A stretch of DNA of 64,000 nucleotides, from the IMG/VR virus record IMGVR_UViG_3300031772_000016, positions 1 to 64,000 of that record; one strand, given 5' to 3'. The notes below the pieces were generated by a model. It was not told the DNA's origin. It did no database searches and saw nothing but the letters and a program-made list of their open reading frames with translations. Positions 46,777 through 55,681 of this stretch are shown here, one piece after another. The position numbers were made by a program, and so were the translations under genes. The stretch comes from a virus. Numbering within the stretch: the first letter of the stretch is position 1; each line of letters begins with the position of its first letter.

Positions 46777-46825
46777 TTTATCCAGTAAGTACTAGGCCTA
46801 CTATATCTGAAAAAGGAGTTCGATC

Positions 46826-47797
46826 ATGCCCTTCAGCCCTAAAGAAGCTGCTGAGAGTCTCATGAAACTGGCAGATACACTTGAGAATGAGGCAATGAAT
46901 GCCAGCTACATGGTATGTGGTAAATGCCGCCATACGGCTAATCTTTCTACCATTAACGGTAGACGGCTGAAGGCAGCTAGTGAGATGAGCGTGAAAAACG
47001 TGAACACGGTCACTGTGAACGATAAAGTAGCGTGCCCTGCGTGTAGCGGTACGATGAGCTACGTCGCCACGGAGAAGAGCTCGCGTTATTATGTTGAGGC
47101 TGCTGAGGGTGGACCATTGGATATGGTCACGCCTCCAGATAGTATGGCACCGGCTGAGCCGCCTCCTCCAGAAGAGGACGAGAAAGACAAGAAGATAGTA
47201 CCACCTGAGGGTGAGTCTGAGCCTCAGTCAGAGACTGAGCCTGCTTCTATGGATCATGGTGACATTTTTGATCCGGTGGATGAGCGTGATAAGAATAAGG
47301 GTGAGGGGTTGGATCTTGGGTTCGGAGATGAGGATGTAGACAGTAAAAAGCCTGAGGACGCTCCGCCTACAGAGGATATGCCTCCTACGGACGGTGCTCC
47401 TGAGGACATGCCGCCTGCTGAGACCGATAACCCCGATATGCCTCCGGTGGATGGAAAGCCTGCAGACATGCCTCCTACGGATGAGGGTCAGTCTGAGGAT
47501 ATGCCGCCTGCTGAGGACAAGTCAGAGGATATGCCTCCTACGGATGGTGAGCTACCTCCCGCGGGTGAGATGGGTCCTGATGGTGAGCAGCCTCCTGTGG
47601 TAGAGGAGACGGTACCTGGTGATCTTGGGTCTGGTTCTCCTGAGTCAGATCTCCCGGAGCTTGAAGCTCCCAAGAAGCCCAAGAAGAAAAAGGATGATGT
47701 AGACTTCCCTAAGAAGGCTGTACCGAAATTTGAGAAAATGCCAAAAGAGGCTAGTGATAGACTTTACGAAGCATCGTTGAAAAAGTACATGTTCTAA
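46826..47797 (+). CDS. Zn-ribbon protein with acidic DMPP repeats (putative head protein)
   Basis: CGKC/CPAC; six DMPP repeats plus variants; KEAA/KAAS/KEAS motifs. Confidence 0.7.
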   Translation: MPFSPKEAAESLMKLADTLENEAMNASYMVCGKCRHTANLSTINGRRLKAASEMSVKNVNTVTVNDKVACPACSGTMSYVATEKSSRYYVEAAEGGPLDMVTPPDSMAPAEPPPPEEDEKDKKIVPPEGESEPQSETEPASMDHGDIFDPVDERDKNKGEGLDLGFGDEDVDSKKPEDAPPTEDMPPTDGAPEDMPPAETDNPDMPPVDGKPADMPPTDEGQSEDMPPAEDKSEDMPPTDGELPPAGEMGPDGEQPPVVEETVPGDLGSGSPESDLPELEAPKKPKKKKDDVDFPKKAVPKFEKMPKEASDRLYEASLKKYMF

Positions 47798-47836
47798 GCT
47801 GTGCAGTCGTCATGAGAAACCAAATAATATCTACAT

Positions 47837-48538
47837 ATGTTCCATGTAATCGGCAATACTCCTCAGCGAGTAGAACTTAAGGATCTTGGCGACTACGTAT
47901 ACTACAAGCAGCAAAAAGTTTTTACGGATGCTCAGTATAACCGGTCGCAGGATCTGCAGAGAGAGATCCAAAAAGGGTCTCTGACGATACTCAAAAGGAC
48001 CGAAGAGAAAAACGGTTCTTTTGAGCTACCCTCTGTGATACCTACCGCGGTACCTGCCGCTCCTGCTCCGAGTAAACCTGGCGGTATAGACTCCTCTTCT
48101 AAGCTGGATGTGCTCCTGGAGCGCATCCAGGGTTTGGAGTCTGCTATACATTCTAAATCCACTGCTCAGTTACCTGCAGACCTACAATCGGACATCATTA
48201 GAGAGCTCACAGAAAAGATAACTCGGTTGGAGTCCGGTGATCGTGGTTTTTCAGATCTGTTGGACTCTGTACGCAGACTAGAAGAGCGTATAGATAAAGG
48301 ATCTGCCGGGGATGAGATCCTACAAAAGCTCGAGGGTATCCTCAGTAGGGCACCTACGGTAGTGTCTTCTCAGGAGAGGCCTCGGGAGGAGACGCGCCCT
48401 GAGGATGTGTATGTGCCTTCGATCACGGTAGAGGATGGGAATACACATATCAAGTTGAATGTGAGGTCTATAGAGTCTGGGGATAGTGTGTCGGACTCTC
48501 TCAGGAAGCTGAAGGAATTGAAGTCGAAATCCAAATAG
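47837..48538 (+). CDS. Coiled-coil hypothetical protein
   Basis: 233 aa with heptad-like helices. Confidence 0.7.
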   Translation: MFHVIGNTPQRVELKDLGDYVYYKQQKVFTDAQYNRSQDLQREIQKGSLTILKRTEEKNGSFELPSVIPTAVPAAPAPSKPGGIDSSSKLDVLLERIQGLESAIHSKSTAQLPADLQSDIIRELTEKITRLESGDRGFSDLLDSVRRLEERIDKGSAGDEILQKLEGILSRAPTVVSSQERPREETRPEDVYVPSITVEDGNTHIKLNVRSIESGDSVSDSLRKLKELKSKSK

Positions 48539-48547
48539 GGGAGGTTT

Positions 48548-49378
48548 ATGACTAAAAAGCGATGGACTGAGTCAGAAGAGTCTGAAGCTATTGCTTTACT
48601 GAAAATAGGGAAAACGTATAAAGAGATTAGTGATAGTACAGGCCGTTCTATGAGTAGCCTACAAAAGAAAAATATGAGAGAATGGAAAATAGATATAAGT
48701 CAGTTTAATAGTAGTAAGCTATCTGTGAGCGTTAGAAAATCTGCATACAAAATAAGTGAGTGGCAGAAAGCTCATGGCAGGTGGGCAGGAGAAAAGAATC
48801 CCAACTATGGAGCAAAAATAGTAAAAACAGGAGTAGATAATCCAATATATGTTTGGAGGAAAGAGAACCCAGGGTATCAAGATGGAGAAAAGAACCCGTC
48901 TTTTGGTAGGGTGCCCTCTCCGGAAGAGATCGAGCTAAAAACAAGAAAAATAAAAGAGTTTTCAGCTAGTAGGATTGGAAAGACGCTGGAAGAGTCTTAT
49001 GGGAAAGAAATAGCGATAAAGATTAAACGAGCAGTAAGCCTGAGTTGCATTAAAAGAATATCTGAACAAAAATCTAGTGGTACGTGGCCAGAGCTGGAAA
49101 TGATAAAATTTTTAGATTCTATGGGAATAACATATGTGTTTCAGCACCCTATGGAGTACTATTGCGTAGATTTTTATGTCCCAGATAAAAATCTAGTTAT
49201 ACAGGTAGATGGGTGCTATTGGCACGGGTGCCCTAAACATTCTACTGAGTTAGACGATAGACAGAAAAACAGGATAAGGCTAGACCATTCTTGTGACTCC
49301 TATTTGAAAAATAGAGGCTATAGAGTCGCTCGTATATGGGAGTGTGATATTAAAAAAACAACTATGAATCTGTTGTGA
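48548..49378 (+). CDS. Free-standing HTH/NUMOD-like + Vsr/DUF559-like endonuclease
   Basis: GEKNP repeats; YCVDFY...VIQVDGCYWHGC; GYRVARIWE. Confidence 0.85.
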   Translation: MTKKRWTESEESEAIALLKIGKTYKEISDSTGRSMSSLQKKNMREWKIDISQFNSSKLSVSVRKSAYKISEWQKAHGRWAGEKNPNYGAKIVKTGVDNPIYVWRKENPGYQDGEKNPSFGRVPSPEEIELKTRKIKEFSASRIGKTLEESYGKEIAIKIKRAVSLSCIKRISEQKSSGTWPELEMIKFLDSMGITYVFQHPMEYYCVDFYVPDKNLVIQVDGCYWHGCPKHSTELDDRQKNRIRLDHSCDSYLKNRGYRVARIWECDIKKTTMNLL

Positions 49379-49402
49379 AGTTATTAACAGAGGAGAAAAT
49401 TT

Positions 49403-50410
49403 ATGCCGATCGGACTTGATCTAGGCACCGCGTTTTTGGTCTCAGCCACTCAAGACGAGAGTGGTCAGACACAAATAAAATCTATACGGGACGCGTTTAT
49501 AGACATTGAAGGAGCAGACGCGTCTGTACTCAATATGCTTAAGATGTCTAACGTATCGTATGTACAGGATGGTAACAGTGTAATAGTAGTCGGAGAACAA
49601 AGTCTGTCCATTGCGAACCTTTTAAAGCGCGATATTCGTAGACCAATGCGCCAAGGCGTGATATCTCCTGGTGAACATGATGCAGAGCGTATGCTGGTTA
49701 TCCTACTCAAGAATATTTTGTCGGGCCCCAAGGTAGAGAACGAGAATGTGTTTTATTCGGTACCTGCTAAATCTGTAGATAGAGAGATGGACGTAATTTA
49801 TCATCAAGAGATGCTCAGAAAGATAATAGAATCAATGGGTTACAAAGCAACACCTATGAATGAAGCGGCGGCGATTGTGTATTCTAATAATAGCTCAGAC
49901 GGGTTCACGGCACTAGCTACGAGCCTAGGTGCTGGAAGTGTAAACACCGCTTTAGTTTATCAGACTATGGTAGGTATGGCATTCAGCCTGGCACGCTCGG
50001 GTGATTTCATCGATGAGTCTGCGGCACGCGCTGTAGGGTCTACGGCTACTCGTTTGATGGCTATCAAAGAGAAAGGCGTGAACCTACTTGATCCTACAGA
50101 GGGGGATCCTAAACAAGTTCGGGAGCGCGAAGCTATCATAATGTACTATCGTAACCTGATACGGTACGTAATTGAAAACATTTCCAAAGAGTTTAAAAAG
50201 AATACTAGTAAAATAGAGCTGCCGGAATCTTTGCCATGGATATTGTCTGGTGGCACCACAAAACCAAAGAATTTCCTGGAGTTCTTCTCAAAAGTTTTTA
50301 AAGAGGAGTATGAGTCTACTTTTCCCATTTCTGTAAAAAGTATACGGCTAGCGTCCGATGTTTTGAATTCGGTTGCACAGGGACTCCTGATAGCGGCTAT
50401 GAACTCGTAG
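49403..50410 (+). CDS. Actin-fold ATPase (MreB/FtsA/ParM-like)
   Basis: IGLDLGT phosphate-1, NEAAA connect-1, SLGAGSVN phosphate-2, ILSGGT adenosine motif, VAQG. Confidence 0.85.
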   Translation: MPIGLDLGTAFLVSATQDESGQTQIKSIRDAFIDIEGADASVLNMLKMSNVSYVQDGNSVIVVGEQSLSIANLLKRDIRRPMRQGVISPGEHDAERMLVILLKNILSGPKVENENVFYSVPAKSVDREMDVIYHQEMLRKIIESMGYKATPMNEAAAIVYSNNSSDGFTALATSLGAGSVNTALVYQTMVGMAFSLARSGDFIDESAARAVGSTATRLMAIKEKGVNLLDPTEGDPKQVREREAIIMYYRNLIRYVIENISKEFKKNTSKIELPESLPWILSGGTTKPKNFLEFFSKVFKEEYESTFPISVKSIRLASDVLNSVAQGLLIAAMNS

Positions 50411-50442
50411 ACAGCACACAGAGACTGAGGTCGTCGTATGGT

Positions 50443-50470
50443 AGGGCCTGTAGAGATACAGGCCCTTTTT
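50443..50470 (+). terminator. Intrinsic terminator
   Basis: AGGGCCTGTA/TACAGGCCCT plus T run. Confidence 0.85.
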
Positions 50471-50538
50471 GTTGCCCACCTCCCATAATCTATTAATCTA
50501 TCCGCTATATCAGGTACCATACCACAAAGAGTGAACTA

Positions 50539-51999
50539 ATGTCTCAGAACTCGTTGCTCACCGTAGTGAAGCGCAGACTACTTGAAGAACTCAGGTATGT
50601 CGTACAAAATAACCAGGTGTACCGTGATAAGGTGCAAGTCCTACACAAGATGGCTTATACGGAACGCCCCTCCATGGCGGTCATACTCCGCAATGCCTCT
50701 GCCTCAAGGATAAAGCTCTCCGCAGACGACTCCGCGGGAACTCTCAAGAGCCACCTGGCTCTCGCCAAGGCTGGGGATAAGCCGACTGGGTGCCTGGAGT
50801 GGGTGTGGGAAGATACTGCCCATATGACTGAGTACATGGTAGGAGAGGATTTATCCAGCCAAATCCAAGGTACGAGCACGTATGGTCAGAACAGGGTTTT
50901 TTATACTGCTATCAAGCCGGTGATCTCGGGACACAACAACACGGTGCCTGCGGATAATTTCAGGCAGGTGTCGGTGAAGAAGAATGGGCTCCCGGTATTC
51001 CCGGAGTATGTCAATGGCAACAAAGGGATGATCATACTCCCTACAGCCCCTGTAGTAGGTGACACGCTTACTATAGACTATTACTACAACAATCTCACGC
51101 CGCCGGGTAGGTACTACATAGAGGTCATATCAGGTCGCAGGTTCGTGATAGACCCACTGTACCAGGTGAGGGATGAAGAAGTCATCACGAGTACCACGGG
51201 TCTGGAGACTACAGTATCTCTGGCTCATGGAGGACTCTACGGTGATTTTGATGTACTCTACACCATGAAGTACAAGACCAGTAACAAGATTTATCTTCAG
51301 AAATCTACTACAGTCACTCCTACTATAGACGACGACTACACGATTACCGCGGCTGGGGTGATTACATTCCTCAGACCACTCCCTGTTGATACTACATTGT
51401 TCGCGAATTACAGGTGGACTCCTGGTACTACTATGGGGCCGTATGATATCCCAGAGGATTTTCACTACAACAACACAGTTCTGCCTGGGGTGATCCTGGC
51501 TTTTAGTAATCAGTTGGATGAGGGTACAAAGATGATACTGATAGTGTACCCTCAGAGAGAGCCTGCAGCGATGGTGTACAGTGGGCATTACCGGATGAGT
51601 TTTGATATAGAGGTATTTGCGAAGGATCCTATACAGTTGCCGGATTTGACTGACCACATCATCAATGAGATATGGTCGAATCGTAGGTTGAAGTTGATGG
51701 AAGAGGGGCTGACTATAGAGGAGATGGATCCTACGGGGGAATCTGAGGAGGCTTTTGACAACAATACTGGGGATTTGTACTACAAGAACAGCATCAGTCT
51801 ACAGATGATGACTGAGTGGAAGAAGTTTGTACCGTTCAATACTGAAATCATGGATTTTGACACGAAGCTTTATCAGTACATGAATTTGAAGGATTACATA
51901 GTGACGAACCAGGATAAGGTGCTCGAGCTCCGGTTACAGCCGGGGGCGGTGCCTTTTGAGGTGGTGTACCCGAAGACTGGGTATGCCAGGTACATGTGA
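50539..51999 (+). CDS. Tail completion/terminator-like protein with inserted beta modules
   Basis: ERPSMAVIL...MSFDIEVFAKD pattern; upstream of the sheath gene. Confidence 0.55.
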   Translation: MSQNSLLTVVKRRLLEELRYVVQNNQVYRDKVQVLHKMAYTERPSMAVILRNASASRIKLSADDSAGTLKSHLALAKAGDKPTGCLEWVWEDTAHMTEYMVGEDLSSQIQGTSTYGQNRVFYTAIKPVISGHNNTVPADNFRQVSVKKNGLPVFPEYVNGNKGMIILPTAPVVGDTLTIDYYYNNLTPPGRYYIEVISGRRFVIDPLYQVRDEEVITSTTGLETTVSLAHGGLYGDFDVLYTMKYKTSNKIYLQKSTTVTPTIDDDYTITAAGVITFLRPLPVDTTLFANYRWTPGTTMGPYDIPEDFHYNNTVLPGVILAFSNQLDEGTKMILIVYPQREPAAMVYSGHYRMSFDIEVFAKDPIQLPDLTDHIINEIWSNRRLKLMEEGLTIEEMDPTGESEEAFDNNTGDLYYKNSISLQMMTEWKKFVPFNTEIMDFDTKLYQYMNLKDYIVTNQDKVLELRLQPGAVPFEVVYPKTGYARYM

Positions 52000-52072
52000 G
52001 TGTATAGGTCAAATAATCTTCTAATATATTCTGCACGTTAGATCTACATACTAAATAAAAAGGAGTCTTTCT

Positions 52073-52549
52073 ATGCCGATGTACACGTACCAGTGTGATC
52101 AGTGTGGTTTTGTTTTTGAGGATCTCGTATCGTTCGATGAGAAGGATACGGATATAACCTGCAGCCTGTGTGCTGGTAAAGCTGTGCGGAATGCGGTAGA
52201 GACTTTTGGGATACACACGACTCTGAACTCTCGCACAGACACTATCTACAGTCCGAAAGAGATTGATAAGGTAGTGGGGGCGGAGTCGGAGCGTAAGTGG
52301 GCGGGATATGACGAGAGATGGAGGAAGAAGTATGAAGCTCAGCAGCAAGCTCGTTGGAAAGGCCAGCAGCCTACTCCAGTTAATATACCGAAGGATGCGG
52401 ATGGTAAGTATTCTCCCCTCATGCATTTGGGGGACCCTAAAGAGCGTGATGTCAGGAAAGGTTTTTCGAAAGTCCTGCAAGAGCACAGAGCCGATCGAAA
52501 AAGCAAAGGACTAGATCAATTTGATGGTCCAGGGGCCATCACAGAGTAA
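52073..52549 (+). CDS. FmdB-family zinc-ribbon protein (second copy)
   Basis: MPMYTYQCDQCG...CSLC; upstream motif AAATAATCTTCTAATA at 52011. Confidence 0.85.
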   Translation: MPMYTYQCDQCGFVFEDLVSFDEKDTDITCSLCAGKAVRNAVETFGIHTTLNSRTDTIYSPKEIDKVVGAESERKWAGYDERWRKKYEAQQQARWKGQQPTPVNIPKDADGKYSPLMHLGDPKERDVRKGFSKVLQEHRADRKSKGLDQFDGPGAITE

Positions 52550-52670
52550 TAGTAGGCCTATAACCTATTAATATCTAAATATAAATAACACGCCTATAGC
52601 ACATACGTAACAAACTATAAAATAATATAAATCTAAAAAATAGAGTAACTACGATAAAAGGAGCGAAAAA

Positions 52671-55640
52671 ATGGCTATAGGACCTCTGGAAAGTTTTGTT
52701 TTCCCTGGTGTACTGGTTAAGACTATCAATGAGGCTGCCGGTGCTTCTACTGCGGGTGATATACGTTTCCCAGCTTTTGTGGGCGTATCTGCTGAAGAGG
52801 TCCGCGTGGGTGACTTTGAGATGGTTCGTGGCTCTTCTGCGATCGCTGACAACATCATTCTCGACGAGCAGGTTACTGGGACATCTGTTGCTACTCCTTC
52901 CGGATATACTCCTTCCGGATATACTCCGGGATGGATAGGTGGCGCACAGGGTGCTGTAAAAGATTTCCGCGTAGAAAATTTCCCCATCGTCCTTGGCGAC
53001 GGCACAGGTAGAGTGGCGACCCTGCCCTCGAGCGTCATCGTCACGGTCAATGGAGAGAACGTGGCGGTCAATGCGGTGAACGGGCTCACGGGTCAGGTCA
53101 CTCTGGTCGTGGTTCCTAAGGACACTGATGATGTCCGTTGCAACTACTATTTCAAGCGTCGTGACACGTACATCGAGAACGAGATTGACTCCAACCAGGC
53201 TGACAGTTCAAACCGCATATTCAAGGTCCATAGCGCACGTATCGTGAAGGGTGACAACAGTGGTAGCTCTGCTACTGATGCAGACATCAACGCTACCGTG
53301 ACGATCCTTTACAACCCGACTCCTCTTTCGAATCCGGGAGATGAGTTTGAGCGTACGGTGAAAGTCATTGAGGCGAAGGTTAATGGTGCTATTGTTACGA
53401 TATCTGCTCTGGATGGTGCGAATGGTCGTGTGACTTTGGCTGTCGCTCCTACGAGTGGTGATGTTGTTACGTTCACCTACTTCGCGAACCTGTGGCAGGA
53501 CACGTATGACATTCTTCCTGCACCGACGGTGAATCGTGTGGTCAAGGTCGGTCTCAGCCAGGACACTTCTGATTTCTCGGTCGGTAACGACTGCGTACTC
53601 TCTGGTGATAACAGACTGCACTGGGGCAACTCTTACCAGGTCACCAACGGTGTGTATACACTGGCGACCACGCCGATCGTGGACAACATTGTGGCATCGG
53701 TGACGGATACCAGGGTCTACGGTAGAGTAGCTGCACCGGCGGTGGTTGGTTCTTTGGACCCTGTCGAGGGTAACTTGCCGTTCAATGACGGTACTAACAA
53801 AGTGTTTACGTTACCGACCATGCCGGTGGATGGTAGCGGTAATGGAGATGCGACAGAAGATACATCTCTTATTACTGCCTATTTTGGAGCTACGTGGGCC
53901 GCTGCTTATGCTGCTAGTGCTAAGCAGGTCCTTTCGATAGACGGTAATCAGATCACGCTGGCATTGGCCCCGGCTAATACAGAGCATGTGTATATCACGT
54001 ACTACGAGTGTGATATCGTAGATGATAGTTGGCTTTTGACTGTGCGTGTGCCTGGTATCTCTGGTGTAGGAAAGTACACACTGGCATCTCTGCTCCATGG
54101 TAACGCCCTTGGAGTGGTGCAATCTGGAGGCACTGCTACTTTTGCTTACGCTGGTTCCGGTACTCCCAACGCAGAGGTTAATCCTCTGATTGCTTCTACA
54201 GAGCGTGTACGTTGCACATTTGGTGCTCTTGGTGGGTTCACGGTTAGCTCTATGGTGGGTACGACACTTACTCCTTGGGTACATAATGGTCGTACGGGTT
54301 CGGTGATGACCTACAACCAGAACAAGGGTACGATCGGTCAGACCTACGTTGATCCTACCACTGGTTTCAGAGTGGCTTTTGCTTCTAGCCCTGTACCTAG
54401 CAACGGCACTTATGTTGAGTTCGATATCGGTGATCCTACTGTGTCTGGTATCACAAATAGAGCTTACATCACTGCAGACACAAACATCGTTCGAGTCATC
54501 CCGGGTATTAACCTGACGATCTCTACGACAGTGGGTAGTGATCCAGGTAACACGGCGACTATCGCTACGTACAACAAGAGTGGTAATGAGCCCAATATAG
54601 GTGACATGTACTATGTCACGTTCGATAAGGCTAAGACAGACTACACGACTCGGTTCCTCACGAGCATGCGTGATGTGGTCAAGTACTTTGGTCCGATCGA
54701 TATCAACAACAAGCTCACTATCGCCGCCAACCTGGCGTTCATCAACGGAGCCAGGGCAGTGGCCATGAAGCAGATCCAGAGAGTGTCTGGTGGTACGGAT
54801 GCGAGTGTACAGGATTACATTGATGGTATCGATGCGTTCAACGAGCCTATGCCGAACGGTCTTCGTCCTTCAATGATACAGCCGCTCTCGACAGACCCTC
54901 AGGTACTGAGTTACCTGAAGACTTCGAATGCGATTCAGTCGAGTATCCGTTACAGGAACGAGCGTACCAGTGCAGTAGGCTTCCCAGTGGGTACCACGTC
55001 TGATGCGGTTATCCAGCAGTGCAAAAATCTGTCTTCTGAGAAGATTACTGCTGTGTATCCTGACGGTGCTGTTATAGGCATCGTGGATGCGTACGGTAAT
55101 GAGGTTGAGTATATCGTAGATGGTTCTTTGATTGCAGCTGCGGTAGCTGGTCGTGATATATCGCCGGTGAATGACATTGCTACACCTCTTACGAACGCTA
55201 CGGTTTCTGGTTTCAAGCGTTTGTACCGGAGATTGGACAATGTTACGGCTTCGTTGGTGGCGAATTCTGGTTGTACGGTTCTTGAGGAGCAGACTCCAGT
55301 CATCAGGATTCTTATGTATCTGACCACAGATATGTCCACGTCTCTCACTCGTGACCCTCGTATTGTTGAGGTGAAGCATTCGATCCAGCAGGGGATCCGG
55401 ACTGCTCTCCAGCAGTATATCGGTGTAAAGAATCTGCCGAAGATGCAGACACAGATCAGGGATACCGTAGGTTCGTACTTCAAGCAGTTGAAGCAGAATG
55501 AGATCATTGTGGACTTTACGGGTATCCGTGTGTCTCAGAATACGAGTGATCCGAGCACGGTGGATGTGGAAGCATACTATAGCCCAGTGTTCCCTTTGAA
55601 CTGGATTATGGTTACCCTTAACCTGAGACAGAGTCTGTAA
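52671..55640 (+). CDS. Tail sheath protein
   Basis: N-terminal FPGVLVKT; C-terminal sheath fold (AAAVAG, TPLTN, VEAYYSPVFPLNWIMVT); 989 aa with inserted domains; upstream motif at 52558. Confidence 0.92.
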   Translation: MAIGPLESFVFPGVLVKTINEAAGASTAGDIRFPAFVGVSAEEVRVGDFEMVRGSSAIADNIILDEQVTGTSVATPSGYTPSGYTPGWIGGAQGAVKDFRVENFPIVLGDGTGRVATLPSSVIVTVNGENVAVNAVNGLTGQVTLVVVPKDTDDVRCNYYFKRRDTYIENEIDSNQADSSNRIFKVHSARIVKGDNSGSSATDADINATVTILYNPTPLSNPGDEFERTVKVIEAKVNGAIVTISALDGANGRVTLAVAPTSGDVVTFTYFANLWQDTYDILPAPTVNRVVKVGLSQDTSDFSVGNDCVLSGDNRLHWGNSYQVTNGVYTLATTPIVDNIVASVTDTRVYGRVAAPAVVGSLDPVEGNLPFNDGTNKVFTLPTMPVDGSGNGDATEDTSLITAYFGATWAAAYAASAKQVLSIDGNQITLALAPANTEHVYITYYECDIVDDSWLLTVRVPGISGVGKYTLASLLHGNALGVVQSGGTATFAYAGSGTPNAEVNPLIASTERVRCTFGALGGFTVSSMVGTTLTPWVHNGRTGSVMTYNQNKGTIGQTYVDPTTGFRVAFASSPVPSNGTYVEFDIGDPTVSGITNRAYITADTNIVRVIPGINLTISTTVGSDPGNTATIATYNKSGNEPNIGDMYYVTFDKAKTDYTTRFLTSMRDVVKYFGPIDINNKLTIAANLAFINGARAVAMKQIQRVSGGTDASVQDYIDGIDAFNEPMPNGLRPSMIQPLSTDPQVLSYLKTSNAIQSSIRYRNERTSAVGFPVGTTSDAVIQQCKNLSSEKITAVYPDGAVIGIVDAYGNEVEYIVDGSLIAAAVAGRDISPVNDIATPLTNATVSGFKRLYRRLDNVTASLVANSGCTVLEEQTPVIRILMYLTTDMSTSLTRDPRIVEVKHSIQQGIRTALQQYIGVKNLPKMQTQIRDTVGSYFKQLKQNEIIVDFTGIRVSQNTSDPSTVDVEAYYSPVFPLNWIMVTLNLRQSL

Positions 55641-55681
55641 CAAACCGGAACTAAACCACTACTTTTTAAGGAGATCGCATT

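Noticed and set aside
45000-49400. Further group I introns around the free-standing endonucleases
   Set aside because: No P/Q/R/S elements or interrupted reading frames could be found by eye.
52893-52928. 15-bp tandem repeat (TPSGY) in the sheath gene as a diversity-generating locus
   Set aside because: A short in-frame duplication only; no template/variable repeat pair and no reverse transcriptase in the window.
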